From positions 51,398,001 through 51,462,000 of the forward strand of contig OZ024743.1 of assembly GCA_964016885.1 (NCBI GenBank): DNA of 64,000 bases. Reading direction: 5' to 3'. The stretch is from Eledone cirrhosa. Lineage: Eukaryota. The notes below the pieces were generated by a model. The model did not search any database. It saw only the letters and a program-made list of their open reading frames with translations, and was not told the DNA's origin. This document shows, piece by piece, positions 1-15,000 of this stretch (position 1 is the stretch's first letter; the number at the start of each line of letters is the position of its first letter). The translations under genes and the position numbers were made by a program.

Positions 1-3000
1 CCTATTGTGTCTGATAAATGGGAACAATTGAAAGCCAGTCTATAAGCCAACCCCCTATTGTGTCTGATAAATGGCAACAATTGAAAGCCAGTCTATAAGC
101 CAACTCCCTATTGTGTCTGATAAATTGCAACAATTGAAAGCCAGTCTATAAGCCAACCCCCTATTGTGTCTGATAAATGGCAACAATTGAAAGCCAGTCT
201 ATAAGCCAACCCCCTATTGTGTCTGATAAATGGGAACAATTGAAAGCCAGTCTATAAGCCAACCCCCTATTGTGTCTGATAAATGGCAACAATTGAAAGC
301 CAGTCTATAAGCCAACTCCCTATTGTGTCTGATAAATGGCAACAATTGAAAGCCAGTCTATAAGCCAACCCCCTATTGTGTCTGATAAATGGCAACAATT
401 GAAAGCCAGTCTATAAGCCAACTCCCTATTGTGTCTGATAAATGGCAACATTTGAAAGCCAGTCTATAAGCCAACCCCCTATTGTGTCAGATAAATGGCA
501 ACAATTGAAAGCCAGTCTATAAGCCAACCCCCTATTGTGTCTGATAAATGGGAACAATTGAAAGCCAGTCTATAAGCCAACCCCTATTGTGTCTGATAAA
601 TGGGAACAATTGAAAGCCAGTCTATAAGCCAACCCCCTATTGTGTCTGATAAATGGCAACAATTGAAAGCCAGTCTATAAGCCAACTCCCTATTGTGTCT
701 GATAAATGGGAACAATTGAAAGCCAGTCTATAAGCCAACCCCCTATTGTGTCTGATAAATGGGAACAATTGAAAGCCAGTCTATAAGCCAACCCCCTATT
801 GTGTCTGATAAATGGGAACAATTGAAAGCCAGTCTATAAGCCAAACCCCTATTGTGTCTGATAAATGGCAACAATTGAAAGCCAGTCTATAAGCCAACCA
901 CTTATTGTGTCTGATAAATGGGAACAATTGAAAGCCAGTCTATAAGCCAACCCCCTATTGTCTGATAAATGGGAACAATTGAAAGCCAGTCTATAAGCCA
1001 ATCCCCTATTGTGTCTGATAAATGGGAAGAATTGAAAGCCAGTCTATAAGCCAACCCCTATTGTGTCTGATAAATGGGAACAATTGAAAGCCAATCTATA
1101 AGCCAACCCCCTATTGTGTCTGATAAATGGCAACAATTGAAAGCCAGTCTATAAGCCAACCCCCTATTGTGTCTGATAAATGGCAACAATTGAAAGCCAG
1201 TCTATAAGCCAACCCCCTATTGTGTCTGATAAATGGCAACAATTGAAAGCCAGTCTATAAGCCAACCCCCTATTGTGTCTGATAAATGGGAACAATTGAA
1301 AGCCAGTCTATAAGCCAACCCCCTATTGTGTCTTATAAATGGCAAAAATTGAAAGCCAGTCTATAAGCCAACTCCCTATTGTGTCTGATAAATGGGAACA
1401 ATTGAAAGCCAGTCTATAAGCCAACCCCCTATTGTGCCTGATAAATGGCAACAATTGAAAGCCAGTCTATAAGCCAACCCCCTATTGTGTCTGATAAATG
1501 GGAACAATTGAAAGCCAGTCTATAAGCCAAACCCCTATTGTGTCTGATAAATGGGAACAATTGAAAGCCAGTCTATAAGCCAACCCCCTATTGTCTGATA
1601 AATGGGAACAATTGAAAGCCAGTCTATAAGCCAACCCCCTATTGTGTCTGATAAATGGGAAGAATTGAAAGCCAGTCTATAAGCCAACCCCCTATTGTCT
1701 GATAAATGGGAACAATTGAAAGCCAGTCTATAAGCCAACCCCCTATTGTGTCTGATAAATGGGAAGAATTGAAAGCCAGTCTATAAGCCAACCCCCTATT
1801 GTGTCTGATAAATGGCAACAATTGAAAGCCAGTCTATAAGCCAACCCCCTATTGTGTCTGATAAATGGCAACAATTGAAAGCCAGTCTATAAGCCAACCC
1901 CCTATTGTGTCTGATAAATGGCAACAATTGAAAGCCAGTCTATAAGCCAACCCCCTATTGTGTTTGATAAATGGGAACAATTGAAAGCCAGTCTATAAGC
2001 CAACCCCCTATTGTGTCTGATAAATGGCAACAATTGAAAGCCAGTCTATAAGCCAACTCACTATTGTGTCTGATAAATGGCAACAATTGAAAGCCAGTCT
2101 ATAAGCCAACCCCCTATTGTGTCTGATAAATGGCAACAATTGAAAGCCAGTCTATAAGCCAACCCCCTATTGTGTCTGATAAATGGGAACAATTGAAAGC
2201 CAGTCTATAAGCCAACCCCCTATTGTGTCTGATAAATGGGAACAATTGAAAGCCAGTCTATAAGCCAACCCCCTATTGTGTCTGATAAATGGCAACAATT
2301 GAAAGCCAGTCTATAAGCCAACCCCCTATTGTGTCTGATAAATGGCAACAATTGAAAGCCAGTCTATAAGCCAACCCCCTATTGTGTCTGATAAATGGCA
2401 ACAATTGAAAGCCAGTCTATAAGCCAACCCCCTATTGTGTCTGATAAAGGGCAACAATTGAAAGCCAGTCTATAAGCCAACTCCCTATTGTGTCTGATAA
2501 ATGGCAACAATTGAAAGCCAGTCTATAAGCCAACCCCCTATTGTGTCTGATAAATGGGAACAATTGAAAGCCAGTCTATAAGCCAACCCCCTATTGTGTC
2601 TGATAAATGGGAACAATTGAAAGCCAGTCTATAAGCCAACCCCCTATTGTGTCTGATAAATAGCAACAATTGAAAGCCAGTCTATAAGCCCACTCCCTAT
2701 TGTGTCTGATAAATGGGAACAATTGAAAGCCAGTCTATAAGCCAACCCCCTATTGTGTCTGATAAATGGCAACAATTGAAAGCCTGTCTATAAGCCAACC
2801 CCCTATTGTGTCTGATAAATGGCAACAATTGAAAGCCAGTCTATAAGCCAACTCCCTATTGTGTCTGATAAATGGCAACAATTGAAAGCCAGTCTATAAG
2901 CCAACCCCCTATTGTGTCTGATAAATGGCAACAATTGAAAGCCAGTCTATAAGCCAACTCCCTATTGTGTCTGATAAATGGCAACAATTGAAAGCCAGTC

Positions 3001-6000
3001 TATAAGCCAACCCCCTATTGTGTCTGATAAATGGCAACAATTGAAAGCCAGTCTATAAGCCAACCCCCTATTGTCTGATAAATGGGAACAATTGAAAGCC
3101 AGTCTATAAGCCAACCCCCTATTGTGTCTGATAAATGGGAACAATTGAAAGCCAGTCTATAAGCCAACCCCCTATTGTGTCTGATAAATGGGAACAATTG
3201 AAAGCCAGTCTATAAGCCAACCCCTATTGTGTCTGATAAATGGGAACAATTGAAAGCCAGTCTATAAGCCAACCCCCTATTGTGTCTGATAAATGGCAAC
3301 AATTGAAAGCCAGTCTATAAGCCAACTCCCTATTGTGTCTGATAAATGGGAACAATTGAAAGCCAGTCTATAAGCCAACCCCCTATTGTGTCTGATAAAT
3401 GGCAACAATTGAAAGCCAGTCTATAAGCCAACCCCCTATTGTGTCTGATAAATGGGAACAATTGAAAGCCAGTCTATAAGCCAACCCCCTATTGTGTCTG
3501 ATAAATGGGAACAATTGAAAGCCAGTCTATAAGCCAATCCCCTATTGTGTCTGATAAATGGGAAGAATTGAAAGCCAGTCTATAAGCCAACCCCTATTGT
3601 GTCTGATAAATGGGAACAATTGAAAGCCAATCTATAAGCCAACCCTCTATTGTGTCTGATAAATGGCAACAATTGAAAGCCAGTCTATAAGCCAACCCCC
3701 TATTGTGTCTGATAAATGGCAACAATTGAAAGCCAGTCTATAAGCCAACCCCCTATTGTGTCTGATAAATGGCAACAATTGAAAGCCAGTCTATAAGCCA
3801 ACCCCCTATTGTGTCTGATAAATGGGAACAATTGAAAGCCAGTCTATAAGCCAACCCCCTATTGTGTCTTATAAATGGCAAAAATTGAAAGCCAGTCTAT
3901 AAGCCAACTCCCTATTGTGTCTGATAAATGGGAACAATTGAAAGCCAGTCTATAAGCCAACCCCCTATTGTGCCTGATAAATGGCAACAATTGAAAGCCA
4001 GTCTATAAGCCAACCCCCTATTGTGTCTGATAAATGGGAACAATTGAAAGCCAGTCTATAAGCCAAACCCCTATTGTGTCTGATAAATGGGAACAATTGA
4101 AAGCCAGTCTATAAGCCAACCCCCTATTGTCTGATAAATGGGAACAATTGAAAGCCAGTCTATAAGCCAACCCCCTATTGTGTCTGATAAATGGGAAGAA
4201 TTGAAAGCCAGTCTATAAGCCAACCCCCTATTGTCTGATAAATGGGAACAATTGAAAGCCAGTCTATAAGCCAACCCCCTATTGTGTCTGATAAATGGGA
4301 AGAATTGAAAGCCAGTCTATAAACCAACCCCTATTGTGTCTGATAAATGGGAACAATTGAAAGCCAGTCTATAAGCCAACCCCCTATTGTGTCTGATAAA
4401 TGGCAACAATTGAAAGCCAGTCTATAAGCCAACCCCCTATTGTGTCTGATAAATGGCAACAATTGAAAGCCAGTCTATAAGCCAACCCCCTATTGTGTCT
4501 GATAAATGGCAACAATTGAAAGCCAGTCTATAAGCCAACCCCCTATTGTGTCTGATAAATGGGAACAATTGAAAGCCAGTCTATAAGCCAACCCCCTATT
4601 GTGTCTGATAAATGGCAACAATTGAAAGCCAGTCTATAAGCCAACCCCCTATTGTGTCTGATAAATGGCAACAATTGAAAGCCAGTCTATAAGCCAACCC
4701 CCTATTGTGTCTGATAAATGGCAACCATTGAAAGCCAGTCTATAAGCCAACCCCCTATTGTGTCTGATAAAGGGCAACAATTGAAAGCCAGTCTATAAGC
4801 CAACTCCCTATTGTGTCTGATAAATGGCAACAATTGAAAGCCAGTCTATAAGCCAAACCCCTATTGTGTCTGATAAATGGGAACAATTGAAAGCCAGTCT
4901 ATAAGCCAACCCCCTATTGTGTCTGATAAATGGGAACAATTGAAAGCCAGTCTATAAGCCAACCCCCTATTGTGTCTGATAAATAGAGACAATTGAAAGC
5001 CAGTCTATAAGCCAACTCCCTATTATGTCTGAAAAATGGGAACAATTGAAAGCCAGTCTATAAGCCAACCCCCTATTGTGTCTGATAAATGGCAACAATT
5101 GAAAGCCTGTCTATAAGCCAACCCCCTATTGTGTTTGATAAATGGCAACAATTGAAAGCCAGTCTATAAGCCAACTCCCTATTGTGTCTGATAAATGGCA
5201 ACAATTGAAAGCCAGTCTATAAGCCAACCCCCTATTGTGTCTGATAAATGGCAACAATTGAAAGCCAGTCTATAAGCCAACTCCCTATTGTGTCTGATAA
5301 ATGGCAACAATTGAAAGCCAGTCTATAAGCCAACCCCCTATTGTGTCTGATAAATGGCAACAATTGAAAGCCAGTCTATAAGCCAACCCCCTATTGTGTC
5401 TGATAAATGGGAACAATTGAAAGCCAGTCTATAAGCCAACCCCCTATTGTGTCTGATAAATGGCAACAATTGAAAGCCAGTCTATAAGCCAACTCCCTAT
5501 TGTGTCTGATAAATGGCAACAATTGAAAGCCAGTCTATAAGCCAACCCCCTATTGTGTCTGATAAATGGCAACAATTGAAAGCCAGTCTATAAGCCAACT
5601 GCCTATTGTGTCTGATAAATGGCAACATTTGAAAGCCAGTCTATAAGCCAACCCCCTATTGTGTCAGATAAATGGCAACAATTGAAAGCCAGTCTATAAG
5701 CCAACCCCCTATTGTGTCTGATAAATGGGAACAATTGAAAGCCAGTCTATAAGCCAACCCCTATTGTGTCTGATAAATGGGAACAATTGAAAGCCAGTCT
5801 ATAAGCCAACCCCCTATTGTGTCTGATAAATGGCAACAATTGAAAGCCAGTCTATAAGCCAACTCCCTATTGTGTCTGATAAATGGGAACAATTGAAAGC
5901 CAGTCTATAAGCCAACCCCCTATTGTGTCTGATAAATGGGAACAATTGAAAGCCAGTCTATAAGCCAACCCCCTATTGTGTCTGATAAATGGGAACAATT

Positions 6001-9000
6001 GAAAGCCAGTCTATAAGCCAAACCCCTATTGTGTCTGATAAATGGCAACAATTGAAAGCCAGTCTATAAGCCAACCACTTATTGTGTCTGATAAATGGGA
6101 ACAATTGAAAGCCAGTCTATAAGCCAACCCCCTATTGTCTGATAAATGGGAACAATTGAAAGCCAGTCTATAAGCCAATCCCCTATTGTGTCTGATAAAT
6201 GGGAAGAATTGAAAGCCAGTCTATAAGCCAACCCCTATTGTGTCTGATAAATGGGAACAATTGAAAGCCAATCTATAAGCCAACCCCCTATTGTGTCTGA
6301 TAAATGGCAACAATTGAAAGCCAGTCTATAAGCCAACCCCCTATTGTGTCTGATAAATGGCAACAATTGAAAGCCAGTCTATAAGCCAACCCCCTATTGT
6401 GTCTGATAAATGGCAACAATTGAAAGCCAGTCTATAAGCCAACCCCCTATTGTGTCTGATAAATGGGAACAATTGAAAGCCAGTCTATAAGCCAACCCCC
6501 TATTGTGTCTTATAAATGGCAAAAATTGAAAGCCAGTCTATAAGCCAACTCCCTATTGTGTCTGATAAATGGGAACAATTGAAAGCCAGTCTATAAGCCA
6601 ACCCCCTATTGTGCCTGATAAATGGCAACAATTGAAAGCCAGTCTATAAGCCAACCCCCTATTGTGTCTGATAAATGGGAACAATTGAAAGCCAGTCTAT
6701 AAGCCAAACCCCTATTGTGTCTGATAAATGGGAACAATTGAAAGCCAGTCTATAAGCCAACCCCCTATTGTCTGATAAATGGGAACAATTGAAAGCCAGT
6801 CTATAAGCCAACCCCCTATTGTGTCTGATAAATGGGAAGAATTGAAAGCCAGTCTATAAGCCAACCCCCTATTGTCTGATAAATGGGAACAATTGAAAGC
6901 CAGTCTATAAGCCAACCCCCTATTGTGTCTGATAAATGGGAAGAATTGAAAGCCAGTCTATAAACCAACCCCTATTGTGTCTGATAAATGGGAACAATTG
7001 AAAGCCAGTCTATAAGCCAACCCCCTATTGTGTCTGATAAATGGCAACAATTGAAAGCCAGTCTATAAGCCAACCCCCTATTGTGTCTGATAAATGGCAA
7101 CAATTGAAAGCCAGTCTATAAGCCAACCCCCTATTGTGTCTGATAAATGGCAACAATTGAAAGCCAGTCTATAAGCCAACCCCCTATTGTGTTTGATAAA
7201 TGGGAACAATTGAAAGCCAGTCTATAAGCCAACCCCCTATTGTGTCTGATAAATGGCAACAATTGAAAGCCAGTCTATAAGCCAACTCACTATTGTGTCT
7301 GATAAATGGCAACAATTGAAAGCCAGTCTATAAGCCAACCCCCTATTGTGTCTGATAAAGGGCAACAATTGAAAGCCAGTCTATAAGCCAACTCCCTATT
7401 GTGTCTGATAAATGGCAACAATTGAAAGCCAGTCTATAAGCCAACCCCCTATTGTGTCTGATAAATGGGAACAATTGAAAGCCAGTCTATAAGCCAACCC
7501 CCTATTGTGTCTGATAAATGGGAACAATTGAAAGCCAGTCTATAAGCCAACCCCCTATTGTGTCTGATAAATAGCAACAATTGAAAGCCAGTCTATAAGC
7601 CAACTCCCTATTGTGTCTGATAAATGGGAACAATTGAAAGCCAGTCTATAAGCCAACCCCCTATTGTGTCTGATAAATGGCAACAATTGAAAGCCTGTCT
7701 ATAAGCCAACCCCCTATTGTGTCTGATAAATGGCAACAATTGAAAGCCAGTCTATAAGCCAACTACCTATTGTGTCTGATAAATGGCAACAATTGAAAGC
7801 CAGTCTATAAGCCAACCCCCTATTGTGTCTGATAAATGGCAACAATTGAAAGCCAGTCTATAAGCCAACTCCCTATTGTGTCTGATAAATGGCAACAATT
7901 GAAAGCCAGTCTATAAGCCAACCCCCTATTGTGTCTGATAAATGGCAACAATTGAAAGCCAGTCTATAAGCCAACCCCCTATTGTCTGATAAATGGGAAC
8001 AATTGAAAGCCAGTCTATAAGCCAACCCCCTATTGTGTCTGATAAATGGGAACAATTGAAAGCCAGTCTATAAGCCAACCCCCTATTGTGTCTGATAAAT
8101 GGGAACAATTGAAAGCCAGTCTATAAGCCAACCCCTATTGTGTCTGATAAATGGGAACAATTGAAAGCCAGTCTATAAGCCAACCCCCTATTGTGTCTGA
8201 TAAATGGCAACAATTGAAAGCCAGTCTATAAGCCAACTCCCTATTGTGTCTGATAAATGGGAACAATTGAAAGCCAGTCTATAAGCCAACCCCCTATTGT
8301 GTCTGATAAATGGCAACAATTGAAAGCCAGTCTATAAGCCAACCCCCTATTGTGTCTGATAAATGGGAACAATTGAAAGCCAGTCTATAAGCCAACCCCC
8401 TATTGTGTCTGATAAATGGGAACAATTGAAAGCCAGTCTATAAGCCAATCCCCTATTGTGTCTGATAAATGGGAAGAATTGAAAGCCAGTCTATAAGCCA
8501 ACCCCTATTGTGTCTGATAAATGGGAACAATTGAAAGCCAATCTATAAGCCAACCCTCTATTGTGTCTGATAAATGGCAACAATTGAAAGCCAGTCTATA
8601 AGCCAACCCCCTATTGTGTCTGATAAATGGCAACAATTGAAAGCCAATCTATAAGCCAACCCCCTATTGTGTCTGATAAATGGCAACAATTGAAAGCCAG
8701 TCTATAAGCCAACCCCCTATTGTGTCTGATAAATGGGAACAATTGAAAGCCAGTCTATAAGCCAACCCCCTATTGTGTCTTATAAATGGCAAAAATTGAA
8801 AGCCAGTCTATAAGCCAACTCCCTATTGTGTCTGATAAATGGGAACAATTGAAAGCCAGTCTATAAGCCAACCCCCTATTGTGCCTGATAAATGGCAACA
8901 ATTGAAAGCCAGTCTATAAGCCAACCCCCTATTGTGTCTGATAAATGGGAACAATTGAAAGCCAGTCTATAAGCCAAACCCCTATTGTGTCTGATAAATG

Positions 9001-12000
9001 GGAACAATTGAAAGCCAGTCTATAAGCCAACCCCCTATTGTCTGATAAATGGGAACAATTGAAAGCCAGTCTATAAGCCAACCCCCTATTGTGTCTGATA
9101 AATGGGAAGAATTGAAAGCCAGTCTATAAGCCAACCCCCTATTGTCTGATAAATGGGAACAATTGAAAGCCAGTCTATAAGCCAACCCCCTATTGTGTCT
9201 GATAAATGGGAAGAATTGAAAGCCAGTCTATAAACCAACCCCTATTGTGTCTGATAAATGGGAACAATTGAAAGCCAGTCTATAAGCCAACCCCCTATTG
9301 TGTCTGATAAATGGCAACAATTGAAAGCCAGTCTATAAGCCAACCCCCTATTGTGTCTGATAAATGGCAACAATTGAAAGCCAGTCTATAAGCCAACCCC
9401 CTATTGTGTCTGATAAATGGCAACAATTGAAAGCCAGTCTATAAGCCAACCCCCTATTGTGTCTGATAAATGGGAACAATTGAAAGCCAGTCTATAAGCC
9501 AACCCCCTATTGTGTCTGATAAATGGCAACAATTGAAAGCCAGTCTATAAGCCAACCCCCTATTGTGTCTGATAAATGGCAACAATTGAAAGCCAGTCTA
9601 TAAGCCAACCCCCTATTGTGTCTGATAAATGGCAACCATTGAAAGCCAGTCTATAAGCCAACCCCCTATTGTGTCTGATAAAGGGCAACAATTGAAAGCC
9701 AGTCTATAAGCCAACTCCCTATTGTGTCTGATAAATGGCAACTATTGAAAGCCAGTCTATAAGCCAAACCCCTATTGTGTCTGATAAATGGGAACAATTG
9801 AAAGCCAGTCTATAAGCCAACCCCCTATTGTGTCTGATAAATGGGAACAATTGAAAGCCAGTCTATAAGCCAACCCCCTATTGTGTCTGATAAATAGAGA
9901 CAATTGAAAGCCAGTCTATAAGCCAACTCCCTATTATGTCTGATAAATGGGAACAATTGAAAGCCAGTCTATAAGCCAACCCCCTATTGTGTCTGATAAA
10001 TGGCAACAATTGAAAGCCTGTCTATAAGCCAACCCCCTATTGTGTTTGATAAATGGCAACAATTGAAAGCCAGTCTATAAGCCAACTCCCTATTGTGTCT
10101 GATAAATGGCAACAATTGAAAGCCAGTCTATAAGCCAACCCCCTATTGTGTCTGATAAATGGCAACAATTGAAAGCCAGTCTATAAGCCAACTCCCTATT
10201 GTGTCTGATAAATGGCAACAATTGAAAGCCAGTCTATAAGCCAACCCCCTATTGTGTCTGATAAATGGCAACAATTGAAAGCCAGTCTATAAGCCAACCC
10301 CCTATTGTCTGATAAATGGGAACAATTGAAAGCCAGTCTATAAGCCAACCCCCTATTGTGTCTGATAAATGGGAACAATTGAAAGCCAGTCTATAAGCCA
10401 ACCCCCTATTGTGTCTGATAAATGGGAACAATTGAAAGCCAGTCTATAAGCCAACCCCTATTGTGTCTGATAAATGGGAACAATTGAAAGCCAGTCTATA
10501 AGCCAACCCCCTATTGTGTCTGATAAATGGCAACAATTGAAAGCCAGTCTATAAGCCAACTCCCTATTGTGTCTGATAAATGGGAACAATTGAAAGCCAG
10601 TCTATAAGCCAACCCCCTATTGTGTCTGATAAATGGCAACAATTGAAAGCCAGTCTATAAGCCAACCCCCTATTGTGTCTGATAAATGGCAACAATTGAA
10701 AGCCAGTCTATAAGCCAACCCCTATTGTGTCTGATAAATGGGAACAATTGAAAGCCAGTCTATAAGCCAACCCCCTATTGTGTCTGATAAATGGCAACAA
10801 TTGAAAGCCAGTCTATAAGCCAACTCCCTATTGTGTCTGATAAATGGGAACAATTGAAAGCCAGTCTATAAGCCAACCCCCTATTGTGTCTGATAAATGG
10901 CAACAATTGAAAGCCAGTCTATAAGCGAACCCCCTATTGTGTCTGATAAATGGCAACAATTGAAAGCCAGTCTATAAGCCAACCCCCTATTGTGTCTGAT
11001 AAATGGGAACAATTGAAAGCCAGTCTATAAGCCAACCCCCTATTGTCTGATAACTGGGAACAATTGAAAGCCAGTCTATAAGCCAATCCCCTATTGTGTC
11101 TGATAAATGGGAAGAATTGAAAGCCAGTCTATAAACCAACTCCCTATTGTGTCTGATAAATGGCAACAATTGAAAGCCAGTCTATAAGCCAACCCCCTAT
11201 TGTGTCTGATAAATGGGAACAATTGAAAGCCAGTCTATAAGCCAACCCCCTATTGTGTCTGATAAATGGGAACAATTGAAAGCCAGTCTATAAGCCAACC
11301 CCCTATTGTGTCTGATAAATGGCAACAATTGAAAGCCAGTCTATAAGCCAACCCCCTATTGTGTCTGATAAATGGCAACAATTGAAAGCCAGTCTATAAG
11401 CCAACCCCCTATTGTGTCTGATAAATGGCAACCATTGAAAGCCAGTCTATAAGCCAACCCCCTATTGTGTCTGATAAAGGGCAACAATTGAAAGCCAGTC
11501 TATAAGCCAACTCCCTATTGTGTCTGATAAATGGCAACAATTGAAAGCCAGTCTATAAGCCAAACCCCTATTGTGTCTGATAAATGGGAACAATTGAAAG
11601 CCAGTCTATAAGCCAACCCCCTATTGTGTCTGATAAATGGGAACAATTGAAAGCCAGTCTATAAGCCAACCCCCTATTGTGTCTGATAAATAGAGACAAT
11701 TGAAAGCCAGTCTATAAGCCAACTCCCTATTATGTCTGATAAATGGGAACAATTGAAAGCCAGTCTATAAGCCAACCCCCTATTGTGTCTGATAAATGGC
11801 AACAATTGAAAGCCAGTCTATAAGCCAACTCCCTATTGTGTCTGATAAATGGCAACAATTGAAAGCCAGTCTATAAGCCAACCCCCTATTGTGTCTGATA
11901 AATGGCAACAATTGAAAGCCAGTCTATAAGCCAACCCCCTATTGTCTGATAAATGGGAACAATTGAAAGCCAGTCTATAAGCCAACCCCCTATTGTGTCT

Positions 12001-15000
12001 GATAAATGGGAACAATTGAAAGCCAGTCTATAAGCCAACCCCCTATTGTGTCTGATAAATGGGAACAATTGAAAGCCAGTCTATAAGCCAACCCCTATTG
12101 TGTCTGATAAATGGGAACAATTGAAAGCCAGTCTATAAGCCAACCCCCTATTGTGTCTGATAAATGGCAACAATTGAAAGCCAGTCTATAAGCCAACTCC
12201 CTATTGTGTCTGATAAATGGGAACAATTGAAAGCCAGTCTATAAGCCAACCCCCTATTGTGTCTGATAAATGGCAACAATTGAAAGCCAGTCTATAAGCC
12301 AACCCCCTATTGTGTCTGATAAATGGCAACAATTGAAAGCCAGTCTATAAGCCAACCCCTATTGTGTCTGATAAATGGGAACAATTGAAAGCCAGTCTAT
12401 AAGCCAACCCCCTATTGTGTCTGATAAATGGCAACAATTGAAAGCCAGTCTATAAGCCAACTCCCTATTGTGTCTGATAAATGGGAACAATTGAAAGCCA
12501 GTCTATAAGCCAACCCCCTATTGTGTCTGATAAATGGCAACAATTGAAAGCCAGTCTATAAGCGAACCCCCTATTGTGTCTGATAAATGGCAACAATTGA
12601 AAGCCAGTCTATAAGCCAACCCCCTATTGTGTCTGATAAATGGGAACAATTGAAAGCCAGTCTATAAGCCAACCCCCTATTGTCTGATAACTGGGAACAA
12701 TTGAAAGCCAGTCTATAAGCCAATCCCCTATTGTGTCTGATAAATGGGAAGAATTGAAAGCCAGTCTATAAACCAACTCCCTATTGTGTCTGATAAATGG
12801 CAACAATTGAAAGCCAGTCTATAAGCCAACCCCCTATTGTGTCTGATAAATGGGAACAATTGAAAGCCAGTCTATAAGCCAACCCCCTATTGTGTCTGAT
12901 AAATGGGAACAATTGAAAGCCAGTCTATAAGCCAACCCCCTATTGTGTCTGATAAATGGCAACAATTGAAAGCCAGTCTATAAGCCAACCCCCTATTGTG
13001 TCTGATAAATGGCAACAATTGAAAGCCAGTCTATAAGCCAACCCCCTATTGTCTGATAAATGGGAACAATTGAAAGCCAGTCTATAAGCCAACCCCCTAT
13101 TGTGTCTGATAAATGGGAACAATTGAAAGCCAGTCTATAAGCCAACCCCCTATTGTGTCTGATAAATGGGAACAATTGAAAGCCAGTCTATAAGCCAACC
13201 CCCTATTGTGTCTGATAAATAGCAACAATTGAAAGCCAGTCTATAAGCCAATCCCCTATTGTGTCTGATAAATGGGAACAATTGAAAGCCAGTCTATAAG
13301 CCAACCCCTATTGTGTCTGATAAATGGGAACAATTGAAAGCCAGTCTATAAGCCAACCCCCTATTGTGTCTGATAAATGGCAACAATTGAAAGCCAGTCT
13401 ATAAGCCAACTCCCTATTGTGTCCGATAAATGGGAACAATTAAAAGCCAGTCTATAAGCCAACCCCCTATTGTCTGATAAATGGCAACAATTGAAAGCCA
13501 GTCTATAAGCCAACCCCCTATTGTGTCTGATAAATGGCAACAATTGAAAGCCAGTCTATAAGCCAACTCCCTATTGTGTCTGATAAATGGGAACAATTGA
13601 AAGCCAGTCTATAAGCCAAACCCCTATTGTGTCTGATAAATGGGAACAATTGAAAGCCAGGCTATAAGCCAACCCCCTATTGTCTGATAAATGGGAACAA
13701 TTGAAAGCCAGTCTATAAGCCAACCCCCTATTGTGTCTGATAAATGGGAAGGATTGAAAGCCAGTCTATAAGCCAACCCCCTATTGTGTCTGATAAATGG
13801 CAACAATTGAAAGCCAGTCTATAAGCCAACCCCCTATTGTGTCTGATAAATGGCAACAATTGAAAGCCAGTCTATAAGCCAACCCCCTATTGTGTCTGAT
13901 AAATGGGAACAATTGAAAGCCAGTCTATAAGCCAACCCCCTATTGTGTCTGATAAATGGCAACAATTGAAAGCCAGTCTATAAGCCAACTCCCTATTGTG
14001 TCTGATAAATTGCAACAATTGAAAGCCAGTCTATAAGCCAACCCCCTATTGTGTCTGATAAATGGGAACAATTGAAAGCCAGTCTATAAGCCAACCCCCT
14101 ATTGTGTCTGATAAATGGGAACAATTGAAAGCCAGTCTATAAGCCAACCCCCTATTGTGTCTGATAAATGGCAACAATTGAAAGCCAGTCTATAAGCCAA
14201 CTCCCTATTGTGTCTGATAAATGGCAACATTTGAAAGCCAGTCTATAAGCCAACCCCCTATTGTGTCTGATAAATGGCAACAATTGAAAGCCAGTCTATA
14301 AGCCAACCCCCTATTGTGTCTGATAAATGGGAACAATTGAAAGCCAGTCTATAAGCCAACCCCTATTGTGTCTGATAAATGGGAACAATTGAAAGCCAGT
14401 CTATAAGCCAACCCCCTATTGTGTCTGATAAATGACAACAATTGAAAGCCAGTCTATAAGCCAACTCCCTATTGTGTCTGATAAATGGGAACAATTGAAA
14501 GCCAGTCTATAAGCCAACCCCCTATTGTGTCTGATAAATGGGAACAATTGAAAGCCAGTCTATAAGCCAACCCCCTATTGTGTCTGATAAATGGGAACAA
14601 TTGAAAGCCAGTCTATAAGCCAAACCCCTATTGTGTCTGATAAATGGCAACAATTGAAAGCCAGTCTATAAGCCAACCACTTATTGTGTCTGATAAATGG
14701 GAACAATTGAAAGCCAGTCTATAAGCCAACCCCCTATTGTCTGATAAATGGGAACAATTGAAAGCCAGTCTATAAGCCAATCCCCTATTGTGTCTGATAA
14801 ATGGGAAGAATTGAAAGCCAGTCTATAAGCCAACCCCTATTGTGTCTGATAAATGGGAACAATTGAAAGCCAATCTATAAGCCAACCCCCTATTGTGTCT
14901 GATAAATGGCAACAATTGAAAGCCAGTCTATAAGCCAACCCCCTATTGTGTCTGATAAATGGCAACAATTGAAAGCCAGTCTATAAGCCAACCCCCTATT

